Shown: positions 10,694 to 21,808, counted from the first letter of the stretch. The stretch: 64,000 bases of DNA from Escherichia coli (GCF_003019035.1 NZ_CP027447.1), one strand, 5' to 3'. Numbers and translations are program-made. Notes: a model not told the origin generated them from the sequence alone.

Positions 10694-11302
10694 TCAAGCC
10701 TTTGGCGGTTCGGTGCGAGCAAAACTTTCGCGGCTAAAGAGGTTTTCGACCAGTTTGACTAAGTGTGGGCGGTCGACACACCAGCCTGGCGCAACGCGGC
10801 GGAAATTGAGATATCCAACGGCACAGGCAATGGCGATAGTCGCCAGATTGACCGTATCGGTTTTGAGCGTGCCATCGACCAGATATCCTTCCAGCACATC
10901 CAGACTGCGGTTGATTTTCTCCCGCTGGCGTAACAATTCATCTTCAGACTGCTGCGCCGCCGGACGCGCCTGTTCACGCACCGATACCAGCCCGGCATCC
11001 ATAATGCCATCCGCCAGCGCCTCAATTTTGCGCACCCGCAACGACTCCAGCGGATCACGCGGCAACATCGCCGGAGCAACATTCATTAATTCAATATATT
11101 CGGCGATGATCGGCGAATCAAACCAGCATTCGCCCTCTTCGGTCACCAGCACCGGCACTTTTCCTAACGGGTTAAATTGCGCCACGCCGTTATCCGCGTT
11201 ATAGGGCAGTTCATTAATAAATTCGAAAGTTATGCCCTTTTCTAACAACAGAATAGAAAGTTTGCGTACAAACGGGCTGGTGTAGCTACCGACGAGTTTC
11301 AT
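10694..11302 (-). CDS. yibF: Glutathione S-transferase family protein
   Basis: 202-aa [31 protein letters not shown]...; GST N-terminal thioredoxin-like fold signature. Confidence 0.9.
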
Positions 11303-11530
11303 GCCGAGTCCTTTGTGCGAGGAAAAATATCAGTATGGCCTGGTGATGGGAAAAAGGGCAGAAAATGTTGATGGTTTGTTACTTCCCAATAAATCACATA
11401 TTTATCATGGTGATATAAATATTTTCCTAATTGTTCTTATCTGACAGATATCTCACTTAAGGCTTTCTTATAAATCTGTAGGGTTTCGCCTGTCAGCAGA
11501 CAAATAACCCGATAAAACAAGGATGAGCAG

Positions 11531-14500
11531 ATGAGCGGAAAACCGGCGGCGCGTCAGGGCGACATGACGCAGTATGGCGGTAGCATTGTTCAGGGTTCTG
11601 CCGGGGTGCGTATTGGTGCCCCCACCGGTGTGGCCTGTTCGGTGTGCCCCGGCGGGGTGACGTCCGGCCATCCGGTCAATCCGCTGCTGGGTGCAAAGGT
11701 CCTTCCCGGCGAAACCGACCTTGCCCTGCCCGCCCCGCTGCCGTTCATTCTCTCCCGCACCTACAGCAGTTACCGGACAAAAACGCCCGCGCCGGTGGGG
11801 AGCCTCGGCCCCGGCTGGAAAATGCCTGCGGATATCCGCTTACAGCTGCGCGATAACACTCTGATACTCAGTGATAACGGCGGCAGAAGCCTGTATTTTG
11901 AGCACCTGTTTCCCGGTGAGGACGGTTACAGCCGCAGCGAGTCACTCTGGCTGGTGCGCGGCGGCGTGGCGAAACTGGATGAAGGTCACCGGCTGGCCGC
12001 ACTCTGGCAGGCGCTGCCGGAAGAGCTTCGCCTGAGTCCGCATCGTTATCTGGCGACGAACAGTCCACAGGGGCCGTGGTGGGTACTCGGCTGGTGTGAG
12101 CGGGTGCCGGAGGCGGAGAAGGCCACTTCCGGCGGGACGGAACCGTCCGCTTTTCCTGATACCCTGCCGGGTTACACCGAATATGGCCGGGACAACGGCA
12201 TCCGTCTGTCTGCCGTGTGGCTGACGCACGACCCGGAATACCCGGAGAATTTACCTGCCGCGCCGCTGGTGCGCTATGGCTGGACGCCACGCGGCGAACT
12301 GGCGGTGGTGTATGACCGCAGCAATACACAGGTGCGCAGCTTTACTTACGATGATAAATACCGGGGCCGGATGGTGGCGCACCGCCGCGCGGGCCGGCCG
12401 GAAATCCGTTACCGTTACGACAGCGACGGGCGGGTGACAGAACAGCTAAACCCGGCAGGCTTAAGCTACACGTATCAGTATGAGAAAGACCGCATCACCA
12501 TCACCGACAGCCTGGACCGCCGTGAAGTGCTGCACACGCAGGGCGAAGGCGGGCTGAAGCGGGTGGTGAAAAAGGAACACGCGGACGGCAGCGTCACGCA
12601 GAGTCAGTTTGACGCGGTGGGCAGGCTTAAGGCACAGACGGATGCCGCAGGCCGGACGACTGAGTACAGCCCGGATGTGGTGACGGGACTCATCACGCGC
12701 ATCACCACGCCGGATGGCAGGGCATCGGCGTTTTACTATAACCACCACAACCAGTTAACGTCAGCCACCTGGCCTGACGGGCTGGAAATACGCCGGGAAT
12801 ATGATGAATCCGGCCGTCTGATTCAGGAAACCGCACACAACGGCGATATCACCCGCTACCGTTATGATAATCCACACAGTGACTTCCCCTGCGCAACGGA
12901 CGATGCCACCGGCAGCCGGAAAACCATGACGTGGAGCCGTTACGGTCAGTTGCTGACCGTCACTGACTGTTCCGGTTATGTAACCCGTTATGACCATGAC
13001 CGCTTCGGGCAGATGACGGCGGTGCACCGCGAGGAAGGCCTGAGCCAGTACCGCGCATACGACAGCCGTGGACAGTTAATTGCGGTGAAAGACACGCAGG
13101 GCCATGAAACGCGGTATGAATACAACGCCGCCGGTGACCTGACCGCCGTCATTGCCCCGGACGGCAGCAGAAACGGGACACAGTACGATGCGTGGGGAAA
13201 GGCCGTCCGTACCACGCAGGGCGGGCTGACCCGCAGTATGGAATACGATGCTGCAGGACGGGTCATCCGCCTGACAAACGAAAATGGCAGCCACACCACC
13301 TTCCGTTACGATGTACTCGACCGGCTGATACAGGAAACCGGCTTTGACGGCCGCGCACAGCGTTATCACCACGACCTGACCGGCAAACTTATCCGCAGCG
13401 AGGATGAGGGGCTGGTCACCCACTGGCACTATGACGAAGCAGACCGCCTCACGCAGCGCACCGTGAATGGCGAAACCGCAGAGCGGTGGCAGTATGACGA
13501 ACGCGGCTGGCTGACAGGCATCAGCCATCTCAGCGAAGGGCACCGGGTGACGGTGCATTACAGGTATGATGAGAAAGGCCGCCTGACCGGTGAGCGCCAG
13601 ACGGTGCATCACCCGCAGACGGAAGCACTGCTCTGGCAGCATGAAACCAGACATGCGTACAACGCGCAGGGGCTGGCGAACCGCTGTATACCGGACAGCC
13701 TGCCCGCCGTGGAATGGCTGACTTATGGCAGTGGTTACCTGGCAGGGATGAAGCTGGGTGACTCGCCCCTGGTGGAGTACACCCGCGACCGCCTGCACCG
13801 GGAAACGCTGCGCAGCTTCGGCCGTTATGAACTCACCACCGCTTATACCCCTGCCGGGCAGTTACAGAGCCAGCACCTGAACAGCCTGCAGTATGACCGC
13901 GATTACACCTGGAACGACAACGGCGAACTCATTCGCATCAGCAGCCCGCGCCAGACCCGGAGTTACAGCTACAGCGACTCCGGCAGGCTGACCGGCGTTC
14001 ACACCACCGCAGCGAACCTGGATATCCGCATCCCGTATGCCACGGACCCGGCAGGTAACCGCCTGCCCGACCCGGAGCTGCACCCGGACAGCACCCTCAG
14101 CATGTGGCCGGATAACCGTATCGCCCGTGACGCGCACTATCTTTACCGGTATGACCGTCACGGCAGGCTGACGGAGAAAACCGACCTCATCCCGGAAGGG
14201 GTTATCCGCACGGATGATGAGCGGACTCACCGGTACCATTACGACAGCCGGCACCGGCTGGTGCACTACACGCGGACACAATATGCAGAGCCGCTGGTCG
14301 AAAGTCGCTATCTTTACGACCCGCTGGGCCGCAGGGTGGCAAAACGGGTATGGCGACGTGAACGGGACCTGACGGGCTGGATGTCGCTGTCACGGAAACC
14401 GGAAGTGACCTGGTACGGCTGGGACGGCGACCGGCTGACCACGATACAGAACGACAGAACCCGCATCCAGACGATTTATCAGCCGGGGAGCTTCACGCCA

Positions 14501-15571
14501 CTCATCAGGGTCGAAACCGCCACCGGTGAGCTGGCGAAAACGCAGCGCCGCAGCCTGGCGGATGCGCTTCAGCAGTCCGGCGGCGAAGACGGTGGTGATG
14601 TGGTGTTCCCGCCGGTGCTGGTGCAGATGCTCGACCGGCTGGAAAGTGAAATCCTGGCTGACCGGGTGAGTGAGGAAAGCCGCCGCTGGCTGGCATCGTG
14701 CGACCTGACGGTGGCGCAGATGCAAAACCAGATGGAACCGGTGTACACGCCGGCGCGAAAAATTCACCTGTACCACTGCGACCATCGCGGCCTGCCGCTG
14801 GCGCTTGTCAGCACGGAAGGGGCAACAGCGTGGTACGCAGAATACGATGAATGGGGCAACCTGCTGAATGAAGAGAACCCGCACCAGCTGCAGCAGCTCA
14901 TCCGCCTGCCGGGTCAGCAGTATGATGAGGAGTCCGGCCTGTATTACAACCGCCACCGCTATTATGACCCGCTGCAGGGGCGGTATATCACTCAGGATCC
15001 GATTGGGCTGAAGGGGGGATGGAACCTGTATGGATATCAATTGAATCCGATATCAGACATCGACCCCCTGGGTTTATCTATGTGGGAGGATGCAAAATCG
15101 GGGGCATGTACTAATGGTCTTTGCGGCACACTATCCGCTATGATAGGTCCAGATAAGTTTGATTCTATAGATAGCACCGCATATGACGCCTTAAATAAAA
15201 TAAATAGCCAATCTATTTGCGAAGATAAAGAGTTCGCTGGTTTAATATGTAAGGATAATAGTGGCAGATATTTCTCAACAGCACCTAACCGAGGGGAAAG
15301 AAAAGGATCATATCCATTCAATAGCCCTTGCCCTAATGGTACTGAGAAAGTATCAGCTTATCATACTCATGGTGCAGATAGTCATGGAGAATATTGGGAC
15401 GAAATATTTTCAGGCAAAGATGAGAAAATAGTTAAAAGTAAAGATAACAATATCAAGTCATTTTATTTGGGCACGCCCAGTGGTAATTTTAAAGCAATAG
15501 ATAACCACGGGAAGGAAATAACAAACGGAAAAGGATTACCTAATGTCTGCAGAGTTCATGGTAATATGTAA
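11531..15571 (+). CDS. rhsA: Rhs-family polymorphic toxin (PAAR-like N-terminus, YD-repeat core, variable C-terminal toxin tip)
   Basis: 1346-aa ORF; N-terminal [17 protein letters not shown]...; many YD/RYxYD repeats; core ends at DPxGL (DPLGL, nt 15062-15076) followed by an AT-rich ~164-aa C-terminal domain with several Cys; located between yibF and yibA. Confidence 0.9.
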   Translation: MSGKPAARQGDMTQYGGSIVQGSAGVRIGAPTGVACSVCPGGVTSGHPVNPLLGAKVLPGETDLALPAPLPFILSRTYSSYRTKTPAPVGSLGPGWKMPADIRLQLRDNTLILSDNGGRSLYFEHLFPGEDGYSRSESLWLVRGGVAKLDEGHRLAALWQALPEELRLSPHRYLATNSPQGPWWVLGWCERVPEAEKATSGGTEPSAFPDTLPGYTEYGRDNGIRLSAVWLTHDPEYPENLPAAPLVRYGWTPRGELAVVYDRSNTQVRSFTYDDKYRGRMVAHRRAGRPEIRYRYDSDGRVTEQLNPAGLSYTYQYEKDRITITDSLDRREVLHTQGEGGLKRVVKKEHADGSVTQSQFDAVGRLKAQTDAAGRTTEYSPDVVTGLITRITTPDGRASAFYYNHHNQLTSATWPDGLEIRREYDESGRLIQETAHNGDITRYRYDNPHSDFPCATDDATGSRKTMTWSRYGQLLTVTDCSGYVTRYDHDRFGQMTAVHREEGLSQYRAYDSRGQLIAVKDTQGHETRYEYNAAGDLTAVIAPDGSRNGTQYDAWGKAVRTTQGGLTRSMEYDAAGRVIRLTNENGSHTTFRYDVLDRLIQETGFDGRAQRYHHDLTGKLIRSEDEGLVTHWHYDEADRLTQRTVNGETAERWQYDERGWLTGISHLSEGHRVTVHYRYDEKGRLTGERQTVHHPQTEALLWQHETRHAYNAQGLANRCIPDSLPAVEWLTYGSGYLAGMKLGDSPLVEYTRDRLHRETLRSFGRYELTTAYTPAGQLQSQHLNSLQYDRDYTWNDNGELIRISSPRQTRSYSYSDSGRLTGVHTTAANLDIRIPYATDPAGNRLPDPELHPDSTLSMWPDNRIARDAHYLYRYDRHGRLTEKTDLIPEGVIRTDDERTHRYHYDSRHRLVHYTRTQYAEPLVESRYLYDPLGRRVAKRVWRRERDLTGWMSLSRKPEVTWYGWDGDRLTTIQNDRTRIQTIYQPGSFTPLIRVETATGELAKTQRRSLADALQQSGGEDGGDVVFPPVLVQMLDRLESEILADRVSEESRRWLASCDLTVAQMQNQMEPVYTPARKIHLYHCDHRGLPLALVSTEGATAWYAEYDEWGNLLNEENPHQLQQLIRLPGQQYDEESGLYYNRHRYYDPLQGRYITQDPIGLKGGWNLYGYQLNPISDIDPLGLSMWEDAKSGACTNGLCGTLSAMIGPDKFDSIDSTAYDALNKINSQSICEDKEFAGLICKDNSGRYFSTAPNRGERKGSYPFNSPCPNGTEKVSAYHTHGADSHGEYWDEIFSGKDEKIVKSKDNNIKSFYLGTPSGNFKAIDNHGKEITNGKGLPNVCRVHGNM

Positions 15572-15926
15572 AAAAATATTGTTTAGGAACTGTGTCATTG
15601 TATCTTTGTTTGTTTTTACATACAACACATGGGCGCAGTGTAATAATAATATTAAAATAATGCGCAAGTATGAAAGTGAGGGTAAATATACCGTTAGAAA
15701 TTTGGTTAAAAATAAAGCTATAGCATTGGAATTAGCTGAGATATATGTTAAGAATCGTTATGGGCAGGATGCCGCAGAAGAAGAAAAACCATATAAAATC
15801 ACTGAGTTAACAACAAGTTGGGTTGTTGAAGGCACCATTCACTCAGACCAAATTGCTGGTGGGGTTTTTATTATAGAAATAGGCAAAAATGATGGGGGAA
15901 TTCTGAATTTTGGCCACGGAAAATAA
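15543..15926 (+). CDS. Candidate Rhs immunity protein (hypothetical)
   Basis: 127-aa ORF overlapping the last 29 nt of the rhs gene; AAGGA Shine-Dalgarno about 7 nt before the ATG; hydrophobic N-terminus; AT-rich like the toxin tip. Assigned by position only. Confidence 0.45.
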   Translation: MSAEFMVICKKILFRNCVIVSLFVFTYNTWAQCNNNIKIMRKYESEGKYTVRNLVKNKAIALELAEIYVKNRYGQDAAEEEKPYKITELTTSWVVEGTIHSDQIAGGVFIIEIGKNDGGILNFGHGK

Positions 15927-16030
15927 GTATGTAAGGATAATCAAACATCGTGTGCGCTGATGGCAGAGTAGGTGGAGGACTCCAGACAGTCAAACGATAA
16001 AAAAAGATAGCCTTTATGGAGGTTCCTGCA

Positions 16031-16873
16031 ATGTCAAATACATACCAGAAAAGAAAGGCAAGTAAAGAGTATGGTTTATATAATCAATGTAAGAAACTAA
16101 ATGATGATGAATTATTTCGCTTACTTGATGATCACAATTCCTTGAAAAGGATTTCATCTGCCAGAGTATTACAGTTAAGAGGTGGGCAAGACGCTGTTAG
16201 ATTGGTAATTGAGTTCTGCTCTGATAAAAATTATATCCGTAGAGATATCGGAGCATTTATACTCGGGCAAATAAAAATTTTCAAAAAATGCGAAGATAAT
16301 GTGTTTAATATTTTGAACAATATGGCATTGAATGATAAGAGCGCTTGCGTTCGAGCTACGGCAATCGAGTCAACGGCTCAGCGATGCAAGAAAAACCCAA
16401 TTTATTCACCTAAAATAGTAGAACAATCTCAAATTACTGCTTTTGATAAATCGACTAATGTCAGACGTGCTACAGCATTTGCTATTTCTGTTATCAATGA
16501 TAAAGCAACAATTCCACTATTGATTAATCTGTTAAAAGATCCAAATGGAGATGTCAGAAACTGGGCCGCATTTGCAATAAATATCAATAAATATGATAAT
16601 AGTGATATTAGGGATTGTTTTGTGGAGATGCTTCAGGATAAAAATGAGGAAGTCCGTATTGAAGCAATAATCGGACTTTCCTACAGAAAAGATAAAAGGG
16701 TTTTATCTGTTTTATGCGATGAGTTAAAAAAAAATACTGTTTATGATGATATCATTGAAGCTGCGGGTGAATTAGGTGATAAAACGCTACTTCCTGTTTT
16801 AGATACTATGTTGTACAAGTTTGATGACAATGAAATTATAACTTCCGCTATTGATAAGCTGAAGCGTTCATAG
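16031..16873 (+). CDS. yibA: HEAT/armadillo-like repeat protein
   Basis: 280-aa product from ATG 16031 (MSNTYQKRKASKEYGLYNQ...), GGAGG Shine-Dalgarno 8 nt upstream; ORF-track start 16016 is 5 codons further up. Matches my recollection of E. coli YibA. Confidence 0.8.
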   Translation: MSNTYQKRKASKEYGLYNQCKKLNDDELFRLLDDHNSLKRISSARVLQLRGGQDAVRLVIEFCSDKNYIRRDIGAFILGQIKIFKKCEDNVFNILNNMALNDKSACVRATAIESTAQRCKKNPIYSPKIVEQSQITAFDKSTNVRRATAFAISVINDKATIPLLINLLKDPNGDVRNWAAFAININKYDNSDIRDCFVEMLQDKNEEVRIEAIIGLSYRKDKRVLSVLCDELKKNTVYDDIIEAAGELGDKTLLPVLDTMLYKFDDNEIITSAIDKLKRS

Positions 16874-16920
16874 CGTGAGTTGCCTATGCACAGTGGGGTA
16901 TTCCCGCCGGCACGGTGCAG

Positions 16921-17040
16921 ATGCTCGATCGGCTGGAAAGTGAAATCCTGGCTGACCGGGTGAGTGAGGAAAGCCGCCGCTGGCTGGCATCGTGCGGCCT
17001 GACGGTGGCGCAGATGAAAAAACAGATGGAACCGGTGTAC
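16921..17040 (+). pseudogene. 5' portion of an orphan rhs core-end ORF, separated from its 3' part by an ISAs1-family insertion
   Basis: nt ~16901-17040 nearly duplicate rhsA nt ~14618-14746 (encoding [40 protein letters not shown]); reading frame runs into the IS left end and stops there. Confidence 0.7.
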
Positions 17041-18331
17041 CAGGGAAAGATCACGTAACGCTGCTTTTTTGTACTAAACAATTCGCATTTTATGTTTAAA
17101 AATTGAGATATTCCTCATTACCTGAAGCTGTTTTTTATTGCTTATACATGATCAAATACTCCTTACATAATTAAGGAGAACAAAATGGTACTTAAAAAAT
17201 TGATGGAACATATTTCTATTATCCCCGATTACAGACAAGCCTGGAAAGTGGAACATAAATTATCGGATATTCTACTGTTGACTATTTGCGCCGTTATTTC
17301 GGGTGCAGAAGGTTGGGAAGATATAGAGGATTTTGGGGAAACACATCTCGATTTTTTGAAGCAATATGGTGATTTTGAAAATGGTATTCCTGTTCACGAT
17401 ACCATTGCCAGAGTTGTATCCTGTATCAGTCCTGCAAAATTTCACGAGTGCTTTATTAACTGGATGCGTGACTGCCATTCTTCAGATGATAAAGGCGTCA
17501 TTGCAATTGATGGAAAAACGCTCCGGCACTCTTATGACAAGAGTCGCCGCAGGGGAGCGATTCATGTCATTAGTGCGTTCTCAACAATGCACAGTCTGGT
17601 CATCGGACAGATCAAGACGGATGAGAAATCCAATGAGATTACAGCTATCCCGGAACTTCTTAACATGCTGGATATTAAAGGAAAAATCATCACAACTGAT
17701 GCGATGGGTTGCCAGAAAGATATTGCAGAGAAGATACAAAAACAGGGAGGTGATTATTTATTCGCTGTAAAAGGAAACCAGGGGCGGCTAAATAAAGCCT
17801 TCGAGGAAAAATTTCCGCTGAAAGAATTAAATAATCCAGAGCATGACAGTTACGCAATTAGTGAAAAGAGTCACGGCAGAGAAGAAATCCGTCTTCACAT
17901 TGTCTGCGATGTCCCTGATGAACTTATTGATTTCACGTTTGAATGGAAAGGTCTGAAGAAATTATGCGTGGCAGTCTCCTTTCGGTCAATAATAGCAGAA
18001 CAAAAGAAAGAGCCCGAAATGACGGTCAGATATTATATCAGTTCTGCTGATTTAACCGCAGAGAAGTTCGCCACAGCAATCCGAAACCACTGGCACGTGG
18101 AGAATAAGCTGCACTGGCGTCTGGACGTGGTAATGAATGAAGACGACTGCAAAATAAGAAGAGGAAATGCAGCAGAATTATTTTCAGGGATACGGCACAT
18201 CGCTATTAATATTTTGACGAATGATAAGGTATTCAAGGCAGGGTTAAGACGTAAGATGCGAAAAGCAGCCATGGACAGAAAGTATCTGGCGTCAGTCCTT
18301 GCGGGGAGCGGGCTTTCGTAATCTTTCCCTG
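17041..18331 (+). mobile_element. ISAs1-family insertion sequence (H-repeat element), apparently intact
   Basis: Imperfect terminal inverted repeats CAGGGAAAGATCACG... (left) and ...CGTAATCTTTCCCTG (right; first 11 nt identical); flanked by 9-bp direct repeat CCGGTGTAC (17032-17040 and 18333-18341); carries a full-length transposase ORF. Confidence 0.85.
17185..18321 (+). CDS. ISAs1-family transposase (H-repeat-associated protein)
   Basis: 378-aa [54 protein letters not shown]..., recognisable as the H-repeat (YhhI/YdcC-type) transposase found in E. coli Rhs elements. Confidence 0.9.
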   Translation: MVLKKLMEHISIIPDYRQAWKVEHKLSDILLLTICAVISGAEGWEDIEDFGETHLDFLKQYGDFENGIPVHDTIARVVSCISPAKFHECFINWMRDCHSSDDKGVIAIDGKTLRHSYDKSRRRGAIHVISAFSTMHSLVIGQIKTDEKSNEITAIPELLNMLDIKGKIITTDAMGCQKDIAEKIQKQGGDYLFAVKGNQGRLNKAFEEKFPLKELNNPEHDSYAISEKSHGREEIRLHIVCDVPDELIDFTFEWKGLKKLCVAVSFRSIIAEQKKEPEMTVRYYISSADLTAEKFATAIRNHWHVENKLHWRLDVVMNEDDCKIRRGNAAELFSGIRHIAINILTNDKVFKAGLRRKMRKAAMDRKYLASVLAGSGLS

Positions 18332-18335
18332 CCCG

Positions 18336-19109
18336 GTGTACACGCCGGCGCGAAAAATCCACCTGTACCACTGCGACCATCGCGGCCTGCCGCTGGTGCT
18401 TATCAGCACGGAAGGGGCAACAGCGTGGTACGCAGAATATGATGAATGGGGCAACCTGCTGAATGAAGAGAACCCGCACCAGCTGCAGCAGCTCATCCGC
18501 CTGCCGGGTCAGCAGTATGATGAGGAGTCCGGCCTGTATTACAACCGCCACCGCTATTATGACCCGCTGCAGGGGCGGTATATCACTCAGGATCCAATTG
18601 GGCTGAAGGGGGGATGGAATTTTTATCAGTATCCGTTGAATCCGATAACTGATATTGACCCGTTGGGATTAGCGACCTGTTTATACAGCATAACTTTAGG
18701 TATGCTTTCATGCGTTTCAGATACGCCAAGTGATGATAATTCTTATGGTGTGCTTACTATTTCAGTCGCCTCTGATAATAATGGTAATAATATGCAATGT
18801 AAAAATAATCCTGGTTGTACACACTTACAAAATAGAGGCCCAATACCTCAAGGGGTATGGAGCTGGAATGTTAATGGTCCTGGAGCAACCAATAGAAAAC
18901 CTAATGGTATACGTTTAGTACCGTCAGCAAATACAGAAACGTATAATCGTGATGGATTTTTAACACATAGTTGTTTAAACGCTTTTGGTCCATCTTTAGG
19001 ACCTCGATTCTGTTCCGAGGGTTGTATAACTGGTTCATCTAATGACATGCAAAAATTAAATGAGCTAATATTTTCAGAGCCAGATAGCACATTAACAGTG
19101 ACGGACTAG
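18336..19109 (+). CDS. Orphan Rhs C-terminal fragment: core end plus a distinct toxin tip (3' part of the disrupted orphan)
   Basis: 257-aa ORF, GTG first codon; N-terminal 105 aa nearly identical to the rhsA core end (…[19 protein letters not shown]…[10 protein letters not shown]…), DPLGL at 18657-18671, then an unrelated AT-rich tip ([17 protein letters not shown]...). Confidence 0.8.
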   Translation: MYTPARKIHLYHCDHRGLPLVLISTEGATAWYAEYDEWGNLLNEENPHQLQQLIRLPGQQYDEESGLYYNRHRYYDPLQGRYITQDPIGLKGGWNFYQYPLNPITDIDPLGLATCLYSITLGMLSCVSDTPSDDNSYGVLTISVASDNNGNNMQCKNNPGCTHLQNRGPIPQGVWSWNVNGPGATNRKPNGIRLVPSANTETYNRDGFLTHSCLNAFGPSLGPRFCSEGCITGSSNDMQKLNELIFSEPDSTLTVTD

Positions 19110-19113
19110 AAAT

Positions 19114-19635
19114 ATGGCAAGGTTATTAACAATTGTGCTTTTTTTCTCTATTTCTGCGAATGCAGTTACTGTAAACCAATTTCAGAGAGAGTTGGATTTG
19201 GCAGACAAGGCAATATTATGGGCACTAATATCAGCCAGTACCCAAGAGGGACGAAAAGCGTGTTCACTTAGCTATTTTTCATGTAAAGCCGCAGAGGCTG
19301 AACTCGGACTGGCATATATGGCTGCTAATGATAACAAGGCATTTCTCACATCCTTATCTAGAATAATGATGTACAAAATAGATGCTGGACTTTCCGAATC
19401 CTATACATGCTATTTATTAAGCAAGGGAAAGATCATAAGACCATATCTGAAGAATCTAAATCCACACCAACTTGTCGCTGATTGCATTGAAACTGTAAAT
19501 AAAATAAAAGATAAAAATAAAAAAATCATTGATATAGATTCAGTTAATATTTGCAATGATAATAAAAATATAAATTGGAGAGTTAATAGTACTATTGTAG
19601 CCATTGATGATTCTATAAAATGCATCGATGAATAA
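19114..19635 (+). CDS. Candidate immunity protein for the orphan Rhs toxin tip (hypothetical)
   Basis: 173-aa ORF starting 5 nt after the orphan stop; very AT-rich; signal-peptide-like N-terminus MARLLTIVLFFSISANA. Assigned by position only. Confidence 0.45.
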   Translation: MARLLTIVLFFSISANAVTVNQFQRELDLADKAILWALISASTQEGRKACSLSYFSCKAAEAELGLAYMAANDNKAFLTSLSRIMMYKIDAGLSESYTCYLLSKGKIIRPYLKNLNPHQLVADCIETVNKIKDKNKKIIDIDSVNICNDNKNINWRVNSTIVAIDDSIKCIDE

Positions 19636-19796
19636 TAACTTAATTATATTTAAAAATATATTAATAACTCACTCTCCAGGAGTTTTTTTAACTTAGTGTT
19701 ATAATGAATACGATAATTAAAAGTGAAGAGAAAAATAGTTGTATACATATATTCCATGAACCTACATTGTGATCTATAAATTATATATTTTTAAAT

Positions 19797-20081
19797 GTGA
19801 CTGTCATCCTTCAGATAATAAAGCCATCATCGCAATAGATGGAAAAGCACTCCTGCTCTTTTTTGATTAGAGCCGTGGCAGAGGAACAACTCATATCATC
19901 ATTGCGATCTCGACAATGTATAGTCTGATCCTTCGGCAGATCAAGACGGATAAAAATCCAATGAGTTCACACTCATCCCGAACTTCTTAACATAATGGAT
20001 ATTAACGAAAAATCATCACAGCCGATGAAATAATATGCAAAAATAATTAGTCCTTGCAGGGAGCAAAGTTCCATAATCTCC
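19797..20081 (+). pseudogene. Degenerate, internally deleted ISAs1-family (H-repeat) remnant
   Basis: nt 19797-~20027 align with indels to the central part of the intact transposase gene (e.g. TCATCCTTCAGATAATAAAGCCATCATCGCAATAGATGGAAAAG versus CCATTCTTCAGATGATAAAGGCGTCATTGCAATTGATGGAAAAACG); ~20045-20081 resemble the IS right end; no intact ORF. Confidence 0.6.
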
Positions 20082-20091
20082 CCCGCCCCCC

Positions 20092-21228
20092 TCAATGATC
20101 CAAATAAAGATAATGCATCCAGCTGGTCATTCTTAGCAGCACTTTCCGCATCACCGAAACATGGCTGAAATGGTCGGAGTAAACTGCCACCTGGGCGTAG
20201 ATGCCGTCGGGTAAAGCATCGATATCATCGTTAGGGTCCAGTTCAATGGTTCCCAGCACACCGTCCGTGCCGGGCACGACCGTTAATGATTGCAATACCC
20301 CTTGCGCCTGATACGAACCGCCTGGCACGACAGGTAAAATACTAGTCAGTTTGCCGTGGAACACCTGCCCAGGTAGCGCGTTAAACACCACTTCCGCATC
20401 ATCGCCGGGTTTCAGACGTAACAGCGAGTTCTGCCGAAATTGGGCGACAATTTGCCGTTTTTGCTCGGGGATGAAAACCATCACCGGACGTAGCGGCAAG
20501 GCAGCTGCGTATGTACCTGGGCGGATCAGTACCTGAGTGACGTAGCCATTGCTCGGTGCGCGAATGACAGTCTGCTCAAGGTTATATTTTGCTTCAGTAA
20601 GTTGCGCTCTTAAGCTCACAATCTGCGACTGCTCGCCGTTAACCATACTGTCGAGCTGGCTCTGGATCTGCGCCTGCTCCGCCACCGAGCCTTTCACCAG
20701 CGCGTCCTGCGCGAGGAAGTTTTGCCGCGCATCGTCGATGTCACGTTCCGAGAACGGATTCACTGCCGCCTGGCTGCCTATCAGGTAACGTTGATAATTT
20801 TTAAACAGACGGTCGCGCTCCGCTGAAACCTGGGTGGTGTTGGCCTGCGCTTCAGTGAGCTGCGCGCGCAGCGTCTTTATATTATGCGTCGCCGTCATCA
20901 GGTCAGCCTGAAGTCTGTCAACTCGCGCCTGGTAACGAACCGGGTCGAGCTTAAAAAGCACCTCGCCCTTCTGAATAAGCTGATTATTTTTGTCGGTGAC
21001 TTCAGTAACAATTCCCGTCACCTGTGGCGTGATGGGGATCGCTATCACTGCCTTTTGCGCGGTAAAAGTGTAAGGGTGGTTGTAGTTCATCAACAAAATC
21101 AAACCACTCACCAGAAACACGCCTCCCAGCGCCGCCGTCGCCAGCGTCCACTGATTTACCGGAATGCGGAAGATTTTAAAGACCGCCCACGCCAGCGCCA
21201 CGTAAGTTAAAACAATCAATAGATCCAT
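20092..21228 (-). CDS. yibH: HlyD-family membrane-fusion / secretion protein
   Basis: 378-aa ORF with N-terminal transmembrane helix and long coiled-coil region ([29 protein letters not shown]...); ATG confirmed at 21226-21228. Confidence 0.85.
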   Translation of the reverse strand: MDLLIVLTYVALAWAVFKIFRIPVNQWTLATAALGGVFLVSGLILLMNYNHPYTFTAQKAVIAIPITPQVTGIVTEVTDKNNQLIQKGEVLFKLDPVRYQARVDRLQADLMTATHNIKTLRAQLTEAQANTTQVSAERDRLFKNYQRYLIGSQAAVNPFSERDIDDARQNFLAQDALVKGSVAEQAQIQSQLDSMVNGEQSQIVSLRAQLTEAKYNLEQTVIRAPSNGYVTQVLIRPGTYAAALPLRPVMVFIPEQKRQIVAQFRQNSLLRLKPGDDAEVVFNALPGQVFHGKLTSILPVVPGGSYQAQGVLQSLTVVPGTDGVLGTIELDPNDDIDALPDGIYAQVAVYSDHFSHVSVMRKVLLRMTSWMHYLYLDH

Positions 21229-21230
21229 AT

Positions 21231-21593
21231 TTAGATCTCCGGGAACGTGGAATAGTCAGTCTTTTTCTCGGCGGCGAGTTGATGCTCCAGCCGGGAAATT
21301 CGGTCAGAAAGTGCGGCGATTTCCGGGTCAGTCGCTTTCTCCTGCGACGCAACATGTGACTGCATGCCCCAGCCGCGCTCCGGTTGGTAGAGCGTCGCCC
21401 AAATCCACAGGAACGGCCAAATTACATGGAGGGTAAAAAGGCTCACCCAGCCCGCAGTATGGATCGCATCGGCATGGGGATGATTACGCTTTTTGGCAAT
21501 CAGATAAGGGATGTCATGTATCGCGATGATTCCATAAAAAATCACCAGAAAGACGAAGATCAGCACTCCCAACGCGAAGTAGTTTAGAAACAT
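21231..21593 (-). CDS. yibI: Small inner-membrane protein (DUF3302-like)
   Basis: 120-aa product from ATG 21593 ([24 protein letters not shown]...), GAGG Shine-Dalgarno upstream; ORF-track start at 21695 is an upstream extension; 3 bp from the yibH start. Confidence 0.8.
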   Translation of the reverse strand: MFLNYFALGVLIFVFLVIFYGIIAIHDIPYLIAKKRNHPHADAIHTAGWVSLFTLHVIWPFLWIWATLYQPERGWGMQSHVASQEKATDPEIAALSDRISRLEHQLAAEKKTDYSTFPEI

Positions 21594-21808
21594 ATCTGCC
21601 TCGGATTCACGTTTATCAGTGTTGTTTTTGGCTGGCAGCCAGATGGGAGTCGGGCTGATATTTTGACAATAATCCGGGTTGGCGATTCTCGCCATAACAC
21701 CGAAGAATAATTTTTAGAGGTGATGAGTTGCTTAGTTACATAACGATTTTATGACGAAGGCATAACATGCTGCAGATCACATCAGGTGAACGCCGTAAGA
21801 AAATATCT

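Noticed and set aside
11868-15321. Numerous 60-240 codon ORFs on the minus strand inside rhsA (e.g. 13076-13798, 14390-15040)
   Set aside because: The rhs core is GC-rich, which suppresses stop codons in all frames; these overlap a well-supported long CDS and have no independent start or ribosome-binding signals.
16884-17081. 65-codon minus-strand ORF across the left IS junction
   Set aside because: Antisense to the orphan rhs fragment and IS terminus; no start context.
18033-18551. 172-codon minus-strand ORF spanning the IS right end and the orphan rhs fragment
   Set aside because: Crosses the IS/rhs junction antisense to both the transposase gene and the rhs fragment; chance open frame.
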